The notes under the pieces are model-generated. The model ran no database searches, had not been told where the DNA came from, and was given only the letters and a program-made list of their open reading frames with translations. The position numbers were made by a program, and so were the translations under genes. Below, piece by piece: positions 1 through 13,789 of a DNA stretch of 64,000 nt. Position 1 is the stretch's first letter. Each line of letters starts with the position of its first letter. The DNA comes from Octopus sinensis (lineage: Eukaryota): positions 121,210,001-121,274,000 of the forward strand of contig NC_042997.1 in the NCBI RefSeq assembly GCF_006345805.1, read 5' to 3'.

Positions 1-562
1 AAACATCACAAAAACTATTAATCAGAGCTTCACATTCCCGTTTGTCCGACAGTTTTGGTTTAGAATCTCACTCTAAAATATTGCTTTATATTATTACTCA
101 ACATCCGGTATTTGAGTACAGTTTTCTTCACCTTGTTTCGCAATTATCTGCTCCCTTTGCTTTACCTTCCCCTCTCTCTCTCCCTCTTCCTCATCCTTCT
201 CTCAGCCGCGTGTCTTCCTCTATCTATCTCTCTCTCTCTCTCACTCCTCCTCACTTTCGTCACTGCTAATCCTTTTGCACGTTGCTTTCAGGCCGTAAGG
301 TCATGTTTCCATGCGCTCGCCAGTACCTCTTCCGTCCCAGCCAGAACAAAGGCCTTTCGTTTGTTTTTTTCGTTTGTTTTCTTGTTTATTTTGATTTCTC
401 GTATTGTATTTTATTTCTCGTTTTGTATTTTCTTGTACATGTATTTTTATCTTGTATTTTATTGTGCTGTTCTATTGTTACGTCCCTTTTGTGTTACATT
501 TTTTCTTGCTTTTTTTTACCCCTCTGCGAGGTTATTTTATTTTAATTCTCTCGCAAGAAGGC

Positions 563-617
563 CTAGTATTGACGAGTCGTGTCCTGTCTTGCCTTCGAAA
601 CACGCTAAGTCTACTAG
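563..617 (+). ncRNA. Hammerhead-like type I fold with C3U core variant (possibly inactive)
   Basis: ctagta(563-568) UUGACGA(569-575) g...c GAAA(597-600) c acgctaa g UC(610-611) tactag(612-617). Stem I is a perfect 6 bp, stem II is only about 1 bp and stem III is 2 bp. Confidence 0.4.
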
Positions 618-1049
618 TGACAGCTGATGAAGGGAATTTTTCCTTGTGTAGCATGTCCTGTACTTTGTTTTTCTGTTGTAAATAATGTTTTTCCCGTTTT
701 CGTTCTCGTCCTGTTCCACGTCTCTATCTCTCTGTTGTAACAAAATGGCTTTTCCGTTTTCGTTTCTGTTGAGTTTTACGTCTTTTTGTGGTGTCCTGTA
801 CGTATATATATTTATATATGCATGTATATATACATGTAGATGTCGGTACGTACATATATGTTTGTATGTATGCATATATTTTATTTATTACTCTGATATA
901 TATATATGAATGGATATTCAACAGTTCAACACGTGCTGCATATGATTCAATCATTTATTTGCACGTAACGTGTTTGTTTCATCACTACTTTATATGTCAA
1001 ATTGTCCGCCATCTGTGAACTATAATTATGAGCACAAACAAATAGTCAT

Positions 1050-1420
1050 AAAAACACTGAATAGTCCTAGTCCAAATAAAGCTCTGTACATATTTATTTA
1101 ATAAATTTGTGTAAGCTTCAATTCGGCAAGTTGTTCTGTCTGGTAACTGTCCCAGAAGACAAATTCTCTTCAGAGACATTATCAGGAAGAACATGAAGTG
1201 ACGATATGATGGTGTTTATAACAGGTGTTTCTGTCCCTTTATTTTCGCCAGCCACGAATCCCGAAGTAGTTGTTCACAGTTCATTATGTACAGATTTTCT
1301 AAAAAAAGGGATGTTATTCTGTGACATTTACGACAGTTTATTTATCCTGAGGAATTTGGTTCATTCACATTGCTTGACTTAGGGCTTCCGTTTGTTAGTT
1401 ATGTATTTATCTTTCAAAAC
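1050..1420 (-). mobile_element. Possible highly degenerate Penelope GIY-YIG C-terminal fragment
   Basis: Broken minus-strand reading gives KSSNV...INCRKCH...PV...HF...RIEAY, resembling the PLE endonuclease C-terminus. Many stops and frameshifts. Confidence 0.3.
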
Positions 1421-1515
1421 CGCTTATTTAATACGTAACAGAGAAAATAAGACCGCCCTTGGTTGAATGCCTAGCCAAACTCTAATAGGTATTACCTTCG
1501 GTTTCTGGCACTCTG

Positions 1516-1594
<79 letters not shown>

Positions 1595-1595
<1 letters not shown>

Positions 1596-1957
1596 AAATT
1601 AAATAAGGGTAGAAATTGATATTAATCAATAAAAACCAGTGGTCTAGTATATTTTAAAAAATCCGAAGATCAAAAATTTTTTACATACAAAATTTAGAGG
1701 ATTGACCACTAAAAGTGAACAACCTGTATACTAGAGATAGACGTCAAAATTGCCATTTTCCACGGAGAATGTGTTCTTAAGAACAAATTCAGCAAAATCG
1801 TTTTTTTTTTCGTATATTTTCATTTGTCTTGCTTATTTTTACGCTTTGGTTTTTTGCTGAATTTTTTCTTGAGAACACATTCTCCGTGGAAAATGCTGAT
1901 TTTGACGTCTATTTCTAGTATATAGGCTGTCCACTTTTAGTGGTCAATGATCTAAAT

Positions 1958-1958
<1 letters not shown>
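1595..1958. mobile_element. Fold-back non-autonomous element (family shared with 30821-31382), probably PLE-derived
   Basis: Inverted arms 1691-1797 and 1852-1958. The terminus aaattaaataagggtagaaattgatattaatc follows a (TA)/(TG) tract and matches the reverse complement of the 31.3-kb terminus. Confidence 0.75.
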
Positions 1959-2031
<73 letters not shown>

Positions 2032-2035
2032 CATA

Positions 2036-3648
2036 CAGTGACGGCCAAAATGTTCAGAAAGGCATTGTTTTCGTCAGAATAGTAGATATAATTTTTTATC
2101 AAAGTTGTTTTATATGCTATAATTTTCACAGACAATAGATACACTATCATTTGTTATTGCCTGAGATTTGGGTGTAATTTGAGAGGATAATACAAAAGTT
2201 ATGGATGATTTAATGATTTACTGCAAAACTAATGGCGGTCAAATTGATCAGAACGGTTGCTTTTACTCCGTGTTTTAGTATATTTAACCGGCGAACTCTA
2301 ATGTTTTGAATTTGTTTACGTGACGATTCGTTTACTTAACATTAGTAAGAATATTTGCAGTGTACTTTGTTAATATAATGCCACTTACTCCGTTACCAAT
2401 TCGTCAGCAGATTATTAAGCTTTGAAGGAAGGATAATTTAAGTATTGGATCTATTGCAAATATTGTTAACAAATTGTACACGGTATTCTTAACGTCTACG
2501 ATGATTGTGGTTCGTGTGAAGCAAGAAATTTTACAGGTAGGCCAAGAAAAACGACCAAGAAAGAAGATCGTGCTATGGTAAATTTGGTTAAAAAGGACAG
2601 ATTTAAAACTGCTGTTGCTGTTTCTCGGAAAATCAGCATTGTATTAAAGTAAATTTTATCTCGAAAAACTGTGTCTCGTCGTTTAGTTGAACATGATCTA
2701 CAACCAGAGCACCTGCAGTGAAGCCACTGATCAGCTCCAAGAATAAAAAGTGTCGTCTTACCTTTGCAACCAAACATGTGTTGTGGTTTCAAGAAAAATG
2801 GCAAACGGTGCATTTCAGTGATGAATCGAAGTTTATGTTATTTGGCTCAGATGGGAAAAGATACGTTCGTAGAAAAGTAGGTGAAAAATTGTCGACTAAA
2901 TGCCTTAAAACTAGTGTTAAATTCGGTGGAGGAAGTATCATGGTTTGGGGGATGATATCTGGAGATGGTGTGGGCCCTTTGGTGCGATTACATGGAAAGG
3001 TAAATGCAGGAGTTTATAAATAACTTGTAAAAGATCATGTCTTGCCTGTGCTGAGAAATTCAACTAAGCGACCACCCATATTCATGCAGGACAATGCCCC
3101 ATGTCACAAGGCTAAGGGGGTCATGAACTTCCTTAAGGCTGAAAAGGTTATTGTTATGGATTGGCCTGCTCAAAGCCCAGATCTCAATCCTATTGAAAAT
3201 GTATGGAATATTCTAGGAGAACGTTCGAAAGCCAGAAACCCTAAAACAACCGAGCAATTATGGAATGCCCTTCAGGAAGTATGGAATAAGATCACCCAGC
3301 AAGAAATTGAAAATTTAATTTCCTCATGCAGTCAAAGATGTCAGAGTGTGATTGAAGCTAAATGGCTTCACACTAAATATTAAATAATTCCAGTATTCTC
3401 TGTCATTTTTGATTATTTTGTTATGTTTTCAACCGTTCTGATCTTTTGGCCGCCATGGGTTTGCAGTAAATCATTAAATCATCCATAACTTTTGCATTAT
3501 CCTCTCAAATTACACCAACATCGCAGACAATAACAATTAATATTGTATTTATTGTCTGTGAAAATTATAGAATATAAAACTGCTTTGATAAAAACTTATA
3601 CTTATTTTTTTGACGAAAACAATGCCTTACTGTACATTTTGGCCGCAA

Positions 3649-3651
<3 letters not shown>
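2036..3651 (+). mobile_element. Full-length Tc1-family DNA transposon, about 1.6 kb
   Basis: TA-flanked. TIRs of about 224 bp (2036-2259 and 3430-3651) start CAGTGACGGCCAAAATG and CAGTTGCGGCCAAAATG. Internal transposase present. Confidence 0.93.
2718..3383 (+). pseudogene. Tc1 transposase catalytic region (DD34E), disrupted
   Basis: FSDESKF, MQDNAPCH and SPDLNPIENVW motifs with 34 residues between D and E. An in-frame TAA at 3021-3023 splits the two ORFs, and the N-terminal part is frameshifted. Confidence 0.92.
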
Positions 3652-3716
<65 letters not shown>

Positions 3717-4045
3717 TATATATATATATAATTATAAATAAGGGCAAAAGAAAAATCTCTTGCTGAAAATTAGACTTTAGAGCGTCTAACCACGTACAAT
3801 ATTTTTCACTCTCAATGCACAGTGAGGAAAGCATGATAACAAAAGTTTTTAAAAAGTATAAATATTTACTTATATGTGTATGTGTACACATATATAATTA
3901 TGTGTGTGTATCAGTACACATCTTAATTTGTTTTCTGATTCATGACTTGATATTAATACCCTGTCTCTTTAAATGTAAGTTATAAATATTTCTTATCATT
4001 TTCTATAAATTCTCATATTTTACTATTATTACTTTGATATCCTTA

Positions 4046-4330
4046 CCTATTGACCTCGTATACTTTACAATTGTTACTCTTCTTAAACAGGAATTCTTCA
4101 GCTACTAAGTCTATGCAAGATGCTTATAATATATCCATATGAACGTATAAATATTTGCATATGTGTATATGTGCATATATGCATAACCTATTAACCTGTT
4201 AGACCTTATAAATTGTTATCTTTCTTGTTCATAAATAGATACTTTTTATTTACTTCAGTCTATGCGAGATGGTTATACTATATCCATATAAACGTATAAA
4301 TATTTGTGTATGTGTGCATGTGTGCACATA
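4046..4330. repeat. Old imperfect tandem duplication (about 140-150 bp unit)
   Basis: cctatt(g/a)acct...agtctatgc(a/g)agatg...atatccatat(g/a)aacgtataaatatttg occurs at about 4046-4180 and 4187-4330. Confidence 0.6.
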
Positions 4331-5064
4331 GATAAATATGTGTGTGTATCTATACACATATTTATTTTTTCCTAATTCTTGGGTTATTATTAATGTATAG
4401 ATAGCATGTTTATCTTTGCAGTTATTCCATAAGTAAATGCCCTGAGTAATAAGTAATTAATTAAGTAAATGAATGAATATTTAATTTATTCCTTGTAATC
4501 TTCCTTTTTTAAGGTTTATAATTGATATGTACACGCATTTATCTATTTTGGTTACGATATATTTTTTGAAAGACTTAAATTTTATTTTTATACAACATAA
4601 CAATATTGTTTATAAACAATCATCCATATTGCACCTACATATAATTTCCTCTGTATTAACACCCTAGCTTTCTTAGCGCTTTACCCCGTTAACTGGTAAA
4701 TAACATCATGATTGTAAGTCTTCCCCTATCAAGCCTCTTTTTATAGACAGTTGATTTATATCCAACTGACTTCTAATATATTCTTTCCTCCCTGACGAAA
4801 AGGGAAACATATGACAACATTTATGATCACTCCTAGCCATGAGCTATCAACTAACTCTTGCCCTTTATTCAAAACAGACACAGTCTTCTAGTCTTAGATC
4901 TACTAGTTGATAAATGAATTAGAAATGAATTACAATCCTTTACACAGCATGACCCTAATGAGCTTCATGCAATTCTTGGATGTGTAATATATTCTTAGTT
5001 ACAATAGCGACATCAAATTCTTACATCTTCTTGTTCTGTTAAGGTATTTGAGAAAAAAATATAT

Positions 5065-5185
5065 TAATGCGTGCGACTGGTTAAAATTCTTTTTATTTGT
5101 GCAGCTGAAGATGGCACTGGTTTTTAAATTGATATAATGATTGCATTGTTCAATTAAATGGAGCCGCTTGAAACGGCGGATAATA
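5065..5185 (+). repeat. Repeat homologous to 29144-29270(-), with a degenerate hammerhead-like core (putative PLE pLTR)
   Basis: ggttaaaattct...gcagCTGAAGAtggcac...ggagccgcttGAAACg aligns with the minus strand at 29.2 kb. Confidence 0.5.
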
Positions 5186-5275
5186 CCGGACTGACTTGGT
5201 GCTTCAACTTCAGTACCTACTTTAACTGAATCTCAATTATTTCTTATATGTGCATATATATATATATATATATAT

Positions 5276-5755
5276 ATAACAATAATTAAGGGTTTAGCAA
5301 CGAGTTGCTTAACCACATACCGAAAAATTTTGAAATAGCAGGCAAAAGACCGTTATTTCTTTTCCCTACAAAATATGACTCCATTAGTGGCAAATATGAA
5401 TTTCACTCGTCTATAGAAATTCGGATATGCTAACTACCTTGTGTGATGTTCTGGTGTCGCTTGGTCAGAAATGCAAAGGGTAAGTTTTCTGACATTTTTA
5501 AAGTTATAACTATTGGAATATGATGTTGATAAGGAAATGAGTTTTATAACTCTAATCCAGAAACGCGTCCATAATTAACCGAAGACTGTTTGATTTCATT
5601 GTTTTCCTTCTTTTTTGCCTGTGTGAGTTACAGAGAGGGTTGTCTGCGGAGTCATATTTGGTAGCGAAAAGAAATAACGGTCTTTTAGCTGCTATTCCTA
5701 AATTTTTCGGTATGTGGTTAAGCAACTCGTTGCTAAACCCTTAATTATTGTTATA
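5276..5755. mobile_element. Fold-back/MITE-like element with about 107-bp inverted arms and a degenerate hammerhead in the spacer
   Basis: Arms 5276-5382 and 5648-5754 (ataacaataattaagggtttagcaacgagttgcttaaccacataccg...). The spacer has tatg-ATGTTGA...GAAA-cgcg-TC-cata (5519-5573). Confidence 0.75.
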
Positions 5756-6074
5756 ATTATGTATAAAACTTCTTGTATAAGCTTTTACCGAATATGGTTC
5801 CTTTCCATACCGAAACTACCAAAATTTATTAATTATGAATTAATAATTTTTTACCCTATATCTATAATAAATATATTTGTCTGTCACTTCGAAGTCGTCG
5901 ATAAGGAATTGCGTGAAGAAAACTTAGCCAAACCAAAATCACAGATCCTTGATAGGGAAAAATCCTCTGTCACCTACCAGATTATTCGAATATGTACGTA
6001 GGATATGTTCTGTGGCGTTTCGTTGGCGCAAACATAGCTGTATTACTAAGAAGATCGCTTCCTAAACATGTTTT

Positions 6075-6420
6075 TGGGAAACTTGTGTTCAGTTTCATTG
6101 CACGGCATCTTCGACAGATATCTTGCACTATAGCCCCGGGCCGACCAATGACTTGTGAGTAGATTTATTAGAGGGAAACTGGAAGAATCCTGTCATATGT
6201 TGATATGCATTTGCGCGTGCGCGTCTGTATTCGTTTCTCTGTGTTTGTGATGTGATTTCACCCACTAAACCTGAAAATACTAGTATCAGTTTGTTTACGT
6301 CCCAATATCTAATTTGTTTCGCAAAAGAGTGCGCCGGACTATATACCAGACGGAAAAGAAATTGGCACTGCGGGCGAGTGGTTTCACTAAATCCGTCAAA
6401 GCTGTACTATAGTAAAAAAT
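6075..6420 (+). mobile_element. Degenerate copy of SINE family A
   Basis: ctatagccccgggccgaccaatgacttgtgagtagattt matches the family A body. Confidence 0.6.
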
Positions 6421-6489
6421 AAAGTAGTGAAAGATTCAAAACATCCATATACATAAGGATTCTAGAATGTCCTTATTTTGAACATAGGA

Positions 6490-6648
6490 AGAGCTGCGGC
6501 CTTGTGGTAAGTAGCTTGCTAACGAACCACATGGTTCCGGGTTCAGGCCCACTGCGACGCATCTTGCGAAAATGTCTTCTATTATAGCCTCGGGCCGACC
6601 AAAGACCTGTGAGTGGATTTGGTGGACGGAAACTGAAAGATGCCCGTC

Positions 6649-6681
<33 letters not shown>

Positions 6682-6945
6682 CGTGTGTGTGTGTGTGTGT
6701 GTCTGTGTGTGTGTGTGTGTATGATTGTGTGTCTGTGTTTCCCCCCCCAACATCGCTTGACAACCGATGCTGGTGTGTTTACATCCCCGTAACTTAACGG
6801 TTCGGCAAAAGAGACTGATAGAATAAGTACTAGGCTTACAAAGAATAAGACCTGCGGTCGATTTGGTCGACTAAAGACGGTGCTCCAGCATGGCTACATC
6901 CAAAGGACTGAAAGATGTAAAAGAGTAAAAGAGTAAATGAGTAAA
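6490..6945 (+). mobile_element. tRNA-derived SINE family A (octopus-type) with internal (TA)n(TG)n
   Basis: A-box-like tgtggtaag and B-box-like gggttcaggcc, then the ggcaaaagagactgatagaataagtactagg body and an aaaagagt tail. More than 10 copies in the window. Confidence 0.85.
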
Positions 6946-7924
6946 TCATAAAAAATATGAAAGTCTACTTAAATGACAATACATGGCTAGAGACGTTAAT
7001 TTGAAGGACGCCATGTCTATATTATAACGTGTCTTACACATCGCTATGCTGTTGGCTACCGACTTAGTCGAGAGGAATTAGATCCTTCAGCAGAAGGCGA
7101 CTACAATGATTAATTACATTGATATTGTCGATCACAACCTGTTTTTTGTTTTATTTCCTGACATTCTAATTCTATATTTCCCCCGCACACACTCACATAC
7201 ACACTCTCTCTCGCTCTTACTCTATTTATCTCTCAACAGCAGCAACAATCTGTCATCATAGTGAAAATCATTTTTAAAAGGCTGCCTTGCATCATCTATT
7301 TGTTGAAAGACCTCACACACACACACACACGCACACATACAAACAATGAAAATTATGACTTAATGTATTACATTTGCATACAGTTATTTTTGTAATATCT
7401 TTGTTGCGTTGTGCTGACAGACTTGCGCTTAAATTTACCGTGTTGTTCATCAAAAGATATTAGTTGCTATGGTGTCAACACTATCTTTCTATCCATCTAT
7501 GTGCCTTTCACTCACTCTCACTCTATCTATCTTTCTATCCATCTTCCACTGTATATCTCTCTCTATCTCTCTATCTGTCTGTCTGTCTGTTTGTCTCTCT
7601 CTCTCTCTCTTTTTCTCTCTCTCTCTCAACAACATCTTTTTATTCTCCCTGTCTACCAAAATTTTGTGGCATGGGTTCTTTCTCCTTCTGATTCCATCCC
7701 CCTCTTTCTTCCCTTCTTTTAATAGATGTTGTGACGGACAGACAGACGGAGTTCAGTTTTTCTTTTATACTATCAGATAGTAGTTTCTTTCCAGAATGAT
7801 AAAGAATTATATACTATTTCCTGGAAATGTTCTCCGTTCGACAAAGATTTTAATATTTTGCGATGTCTATTTTTATTGCCCTGTACACACGCACGTACAC
7901 ATGCATACATGGGGATATAATTAT

Positions 7925-9330
7925 AGTATGGACATAAATTCAAATCAGCATGGCTTTCGCTGTGGCAGGGACTGTCTAACACAGCTCTTACACCACATTG
8001 AAGATGTACTCAAAGCCTTGGGAACAGGTTCGAACTCTGACGTCATATACCTTGACTTCAGTAAAGCGTTCGACAGGGTAGACCATAACATCCTACTCTC
8101 AAAATTGGCAAATGTTGGAATCCGTGGAAAAGTTCTACACTGGATTCAGTATTTCCTAGCGAATAGAACACAACATGCTGTAGTTGATGGAGTCCACTCA
8201 AACCCAGCAAAAGTCACCAGCGGTGTTCCCCAGGGAACTGTTTTGGGTCCGCTACTCTTCATAATTTATGTAAACGACCTTTCCAGTGTCGTACATCACT
8301 GCAAAGTGAAAATATTCGCTGATGACACTAAGCTCCAGCAAATCGTCAATGAAGAAGCAGACCGAACTCAACTCCAGTCTGACCTATATGCTGTGAGTCA
8401 ATGGGCAGACAGAAACAAATGCAACTGAATGAGGGAAAATTTGAGCTGATGCATTTTGGAAGAAATTCCTCACTAAAACAACCATACTCTCTTCCTTCAG
8501 GGGAACCGCTCACAGCCTCTAACAATATCAGAGACCTGGGTGTAATTGTTGATGACGATCTCAGTTGGAGTGCACACATCAACAAGAAGGTCGATACAGC
8601 TCGTAGGATGAGTTCCTGGATCTTAAGAACTTTCCGGTCCAGAGAACAAGGTGTCATCATACCACTTTTTTCATCCTTTGTACGGCCACACCTTGAATAC
8701 TGCTGCCCACTGTGGTCTCCTCACACAAGACAAAACATCTCCAGAATTGAGTCACCCCAGAGGGCTCTCACTAAACAAATTGAAGGCATGGCTGCTCTCG
8801 ACTATTGGGATCGCCTTAAAGCCTTGAAACTTTACTCCCTCCAGCGTCGCCGTGAGCGGTACATCATTTGTACGATGTGGAAAATATACCGCCAACTTTG
8901 CCCAAACGACCTAAACATTAGCTTCAAGGTTCATCCGAGACTTGGACCACGGGCTATACGTCCCCTGCCAAATTCAAGATCACAACATACATGTACACTG
9001 CAACATAATTTCTTTTCCTCAACAGGCCCTGCCCTATTTAACATTGTCCCGAGGGAGATCAAAGAGGAAAAGGATCCCATCAACGTCAAACAGAGTCTGG
9101 ATAGATTCCTTCAAAGAATACCAGATAAGCCACCCATAATTGGATACAACTCACCCAACAAGAACTCACTACTTGAACAAAACTGGATACAACTCACCCA
9201 ACAAGAACTCACTACTTGAACAAAACTTGACTTAAACAGGATTCGAATAATCCTATCAGGTGGTGCTATGAAGTTAGACATGGCCTGGACCAATCTCTGG
9301 TCGAAACATATCTAAGTTTTATCTCTAAGT
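7925..9330 (+). mobile_element. 5'-truncated CR1/L2-group LINE (reverse transcriptase), one frameshift
   Basis: QHGFR, YLDFSKAFD, SGVPQGTVLGPLLF and FADDTKL motifs. ORFs 7796-8428 and 8401-9219 overlap, consistent with one missing A in aacaaatg at about 8415-8421. Tail is (TCTAAGTTTTA)x2. Confidence 0.92.
9141..9226 (+). repeat. Perfect 43-bp tandem duplication at the end of the LINE ORF
   Basis: tggatacaactcacccaacaagaactcactacttgaacaaaac at 9141-9183 and 9184-9226. Confidence 0.9.
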
Positions 9331-9559
9331 TTTATGTACATACGTAGCTTAGATAGATAGATAAACAGACGGGCATAGATAGATCGATAGATAAATGCAT
9401 ACGTATATGCACACATACACACACATACATACATATATACATACATGCATGCATATATACATCTATACATACAAACATTTTCTGATATCAAACTCTCTAC
9501 CCATCAATGGCCTTCCGTACGTCATTCATTCTTTTATACTTTCATGAGATTCTGTCCAA

Positions 9560-9800
9560 GGTTGTGGCCACGCCGAGGGATCGTCAGTGTAATCACCTTT
9601 CCATGGGCTATTTTTATGCGATTGGCTTTTTGGTAATATCTTTGAGAGCAGGAGGTCACGTTCTTTCTTCAAAATATAAACACCTTCACCATGCAGACAC
9701 ATCAGATGTTTTAGTAAATTACTAACTAGCTCTGGACCCTTGAATCACAAATAATTTCAGTAAATGATCCTTCATCTAGACTTTTGGAACAGTGCAATGA
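9560..9800 (-). mobile_element. Degenerate CR1-like LINE 3' fragment
   Basis: Minus strand reads FKGPELVSNLLKHLMCLHGEGVYILKKERDLLLSKI, similar to the GPxLFN..LP..FK..LD..L..IPD C-terminus of the LINE at 9.0-9.1 kb. Confidence 0.55.
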
Positions 9801-10288
9801 CATCAAGTAGTTCGGGTGGTGGTTTAATTTACGATGTCAAAGTTTTGTGCCAAAGCCTCCAGATTTTTTTGCATATGCATATCTCTCCCCTCTTTGCTAC
9901 TTTAAGTTAAGTCGCAGCTCTTTCAGTCTCTCCCTGTAGCTCAAAATTTCCATTGATGCAACCTGCAATCCTCTTGGTGTAGCACTGCTGAACTGCAAGT
10001 TCCGCTTTTAATTTGACATACTGTGATGATTACACTTGAGAGCAGTTTATCTATATCTATATAAACACACACATATTTTTATGACTATATATGCATAAAC
10101 ATGTATTAATGCAATCATTTATGTAAGCATACATATTGTAAACATACATTTTAGATTACTTTCACGAAAATTACTTCGTTCTGTACATTATGTAATCACG
10201 CTGCTAACAGATTGACGGAGTGACGACCTACAAATTTATCTACAAATTACAGCTAAAATCTAGCTTTGCATTGAATTAAATAGTAATT

Positions 10289-10327
<39 letters not shown>

Positions 10328-10462
10328 TTAATTTCATACTCCAAAGAAAGAAGTATACTTTTCATATGATCAACGATAAACAAACTGCGAAAACTGCTTA
10401 GGCATCTTCGCTATTTTTTGTATAATATAAAGTATATACATACACACACGCACGCACACACG

Positions 10463-11774
<1,312 letters not shown>

Positions 11775-11852
<78 letters not shown>
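11775..11852. repeat. (TAA)n microsatellite followed by a pLTR-like terminus
   Basis: (TAA)n then tattagggagtataactccaacttacagggaaaaatt. A related terminus tattagggaataaatcctaacttacagggaaaaatt is at about 37573. Confidence 0.7.
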
Positions 11853-11951
11853 TTAGGGAGTATAACTCCAACTTACAGGGAAAAATTCAATTTAGTTTGA
11901 ATTGCATAATAGTGGTATTACTTCTAGTTTATATGTATCTCCAATTTATAT

Positions 11952-12010
<59 letters not shown>

Positions 12011-12519
12011 TGAAATACAAGGGCAAGTTGTTGGTAATTTTACAACAGAAAGACAGAAACATATACCTTACTAAAGTGACTGAGGGCACCAGTATTACTA
12101 AAGGTTGATAGTTCGAACAACTCATAACCACAAGAATCACTTATCTTAATGACTGATAAGGGAAGCAATTTCCCTCAGCGCATAGGAATAGCCAGGTCGC
12201 ATTGAATTCGCATTTATATTAATGCTCGCTAATGACGAGAGCCGTGGTTGAGACTCAACACGCCTTGTCAGTTTATAAGATTAATCGTAGAAATCATACG
12301 CCGATTTCTAAAACGATAAAAGTGAAAATTATAAGTATGAAGGGTAGCTTGTTGCTGAAGTTTTGAACTCACTGTCAACCTCCCCTTGTCCAAGTTTAAT
12401 TACCATGCACTTTACTAAAAGTATTCACTAATCTTTCAGTTTAATGTTAAATTTACTTTTTCCTGTTACATGACGAAAAAACAGACACCATATATATATA
12501 TATATATATATATATAGGT

Positions 12520-12561
<42 letters not shown>

Positions 12562-12582
12562 GAGAGAGAGAGAGAGAGAGAC

Positions 12583-12654
<72 letters not shown>

Positions 12655-12663
12655 GGATGGATG

Positions 12664-12753
<90 letters not shown>
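12583..12753. repeat. (GATA)n microsatellite
   Basis: Direct reading. Similar GATA/CATA tracts at about 17737-17890, 29330-29700 and 62900-63115. Confidence 0.95.
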
Positions 12754-12754
<1 letters not shown>

Positions 12755-13035
12755 GATTTCATTTATGTCGTATCTTTCTCTGATCGCACATAATGCATGA
12801 AAATATTAATTAAAGAAGAAAATTAATAAAGTTATGAAGTTCAGCATACAGTATAATCAAATAGTGTAGGAAATGAGCACTATTAATATAAGTAATTAAT
12901 ATTTAAGAAGTCCCAAGACATATGCTGGAATGCAATTAATTACGAGATATGATGAGAAATTCTTCAGAAGTTTATAAAATGATATATGATTGGCTAGACA
13001 CACACACACATCCACAAACTTACATGCATGCGCTA

Positions 13036-13071
<36 letters not shown>

Positions 13072-13199
13072 ATGTGTGTGTGTGTCTAGCCAATCATATA
13101 TCATTTTATAAACTTCATGGATAGATTACTAGTTCTAGTCATACACACACAGACACACACACACATCCACAAACTTACATGCATGCGCTTATATATATG

Positions 13200-13248
<49 letters not shown>

Positions 13249-13789
13249 TGTGTGTGTGTGTTTGACTAGAACTAGTAATCTATCCATCTAAATATCTTGC
13301 TCTCTCTCTCTCTCTCTACGTCTTTCTCGCTGTGAATACATATACATGTGTGTGTGTGTGTGTGTGCGTGTGTGTGTAGAAAGAGGGAGAGCGACAAAGA
13401 GCGAAAAACATTATTATTCACTGAATATTTTAGTTAATTAAAGGCACATGTGGATATTACGTTGAAACTTTACGGAAACGCTGGTTGCCAGATATTCATT
13501 GATGTGTTGAATAATTTTTAATATATTTAATTCAACTAACCTGTGATCGGTTAGGCGTCGAGCGGAATATTTTGCTGTATTGAATTTGGTCCATCAACGG
13601 TCTGAATGAAGAACTCGACTGACTTGATTAAGCCGATCGTCCGTCCACATTTTAATAAAAGTGTGCATATAGCACCATAAAACTAATCACGTTTTAATCC
13701 ACTCTATTTATCTATTCAGTTCACTTATTTAACCGGACCAAAGCAATACATCCATGGTACATACCATTCTGTCCTCATTCTGATATTCA

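Noticed and set aside
9285-9315. gacc-aatctct-ggtc GAAAC at the LINE 3' end resembling stem II plus GAAA
   Set aside because: No CUGANGA core; better explained as a LINE 3' UTR stem-loop.
12150-12285. Two hammerhead-like remnants (ctgataagggaa...ttccct and ctaatgacgag...ctc)
   Set aside because: GAAA is missing and no stem I could be formed; at most relics.
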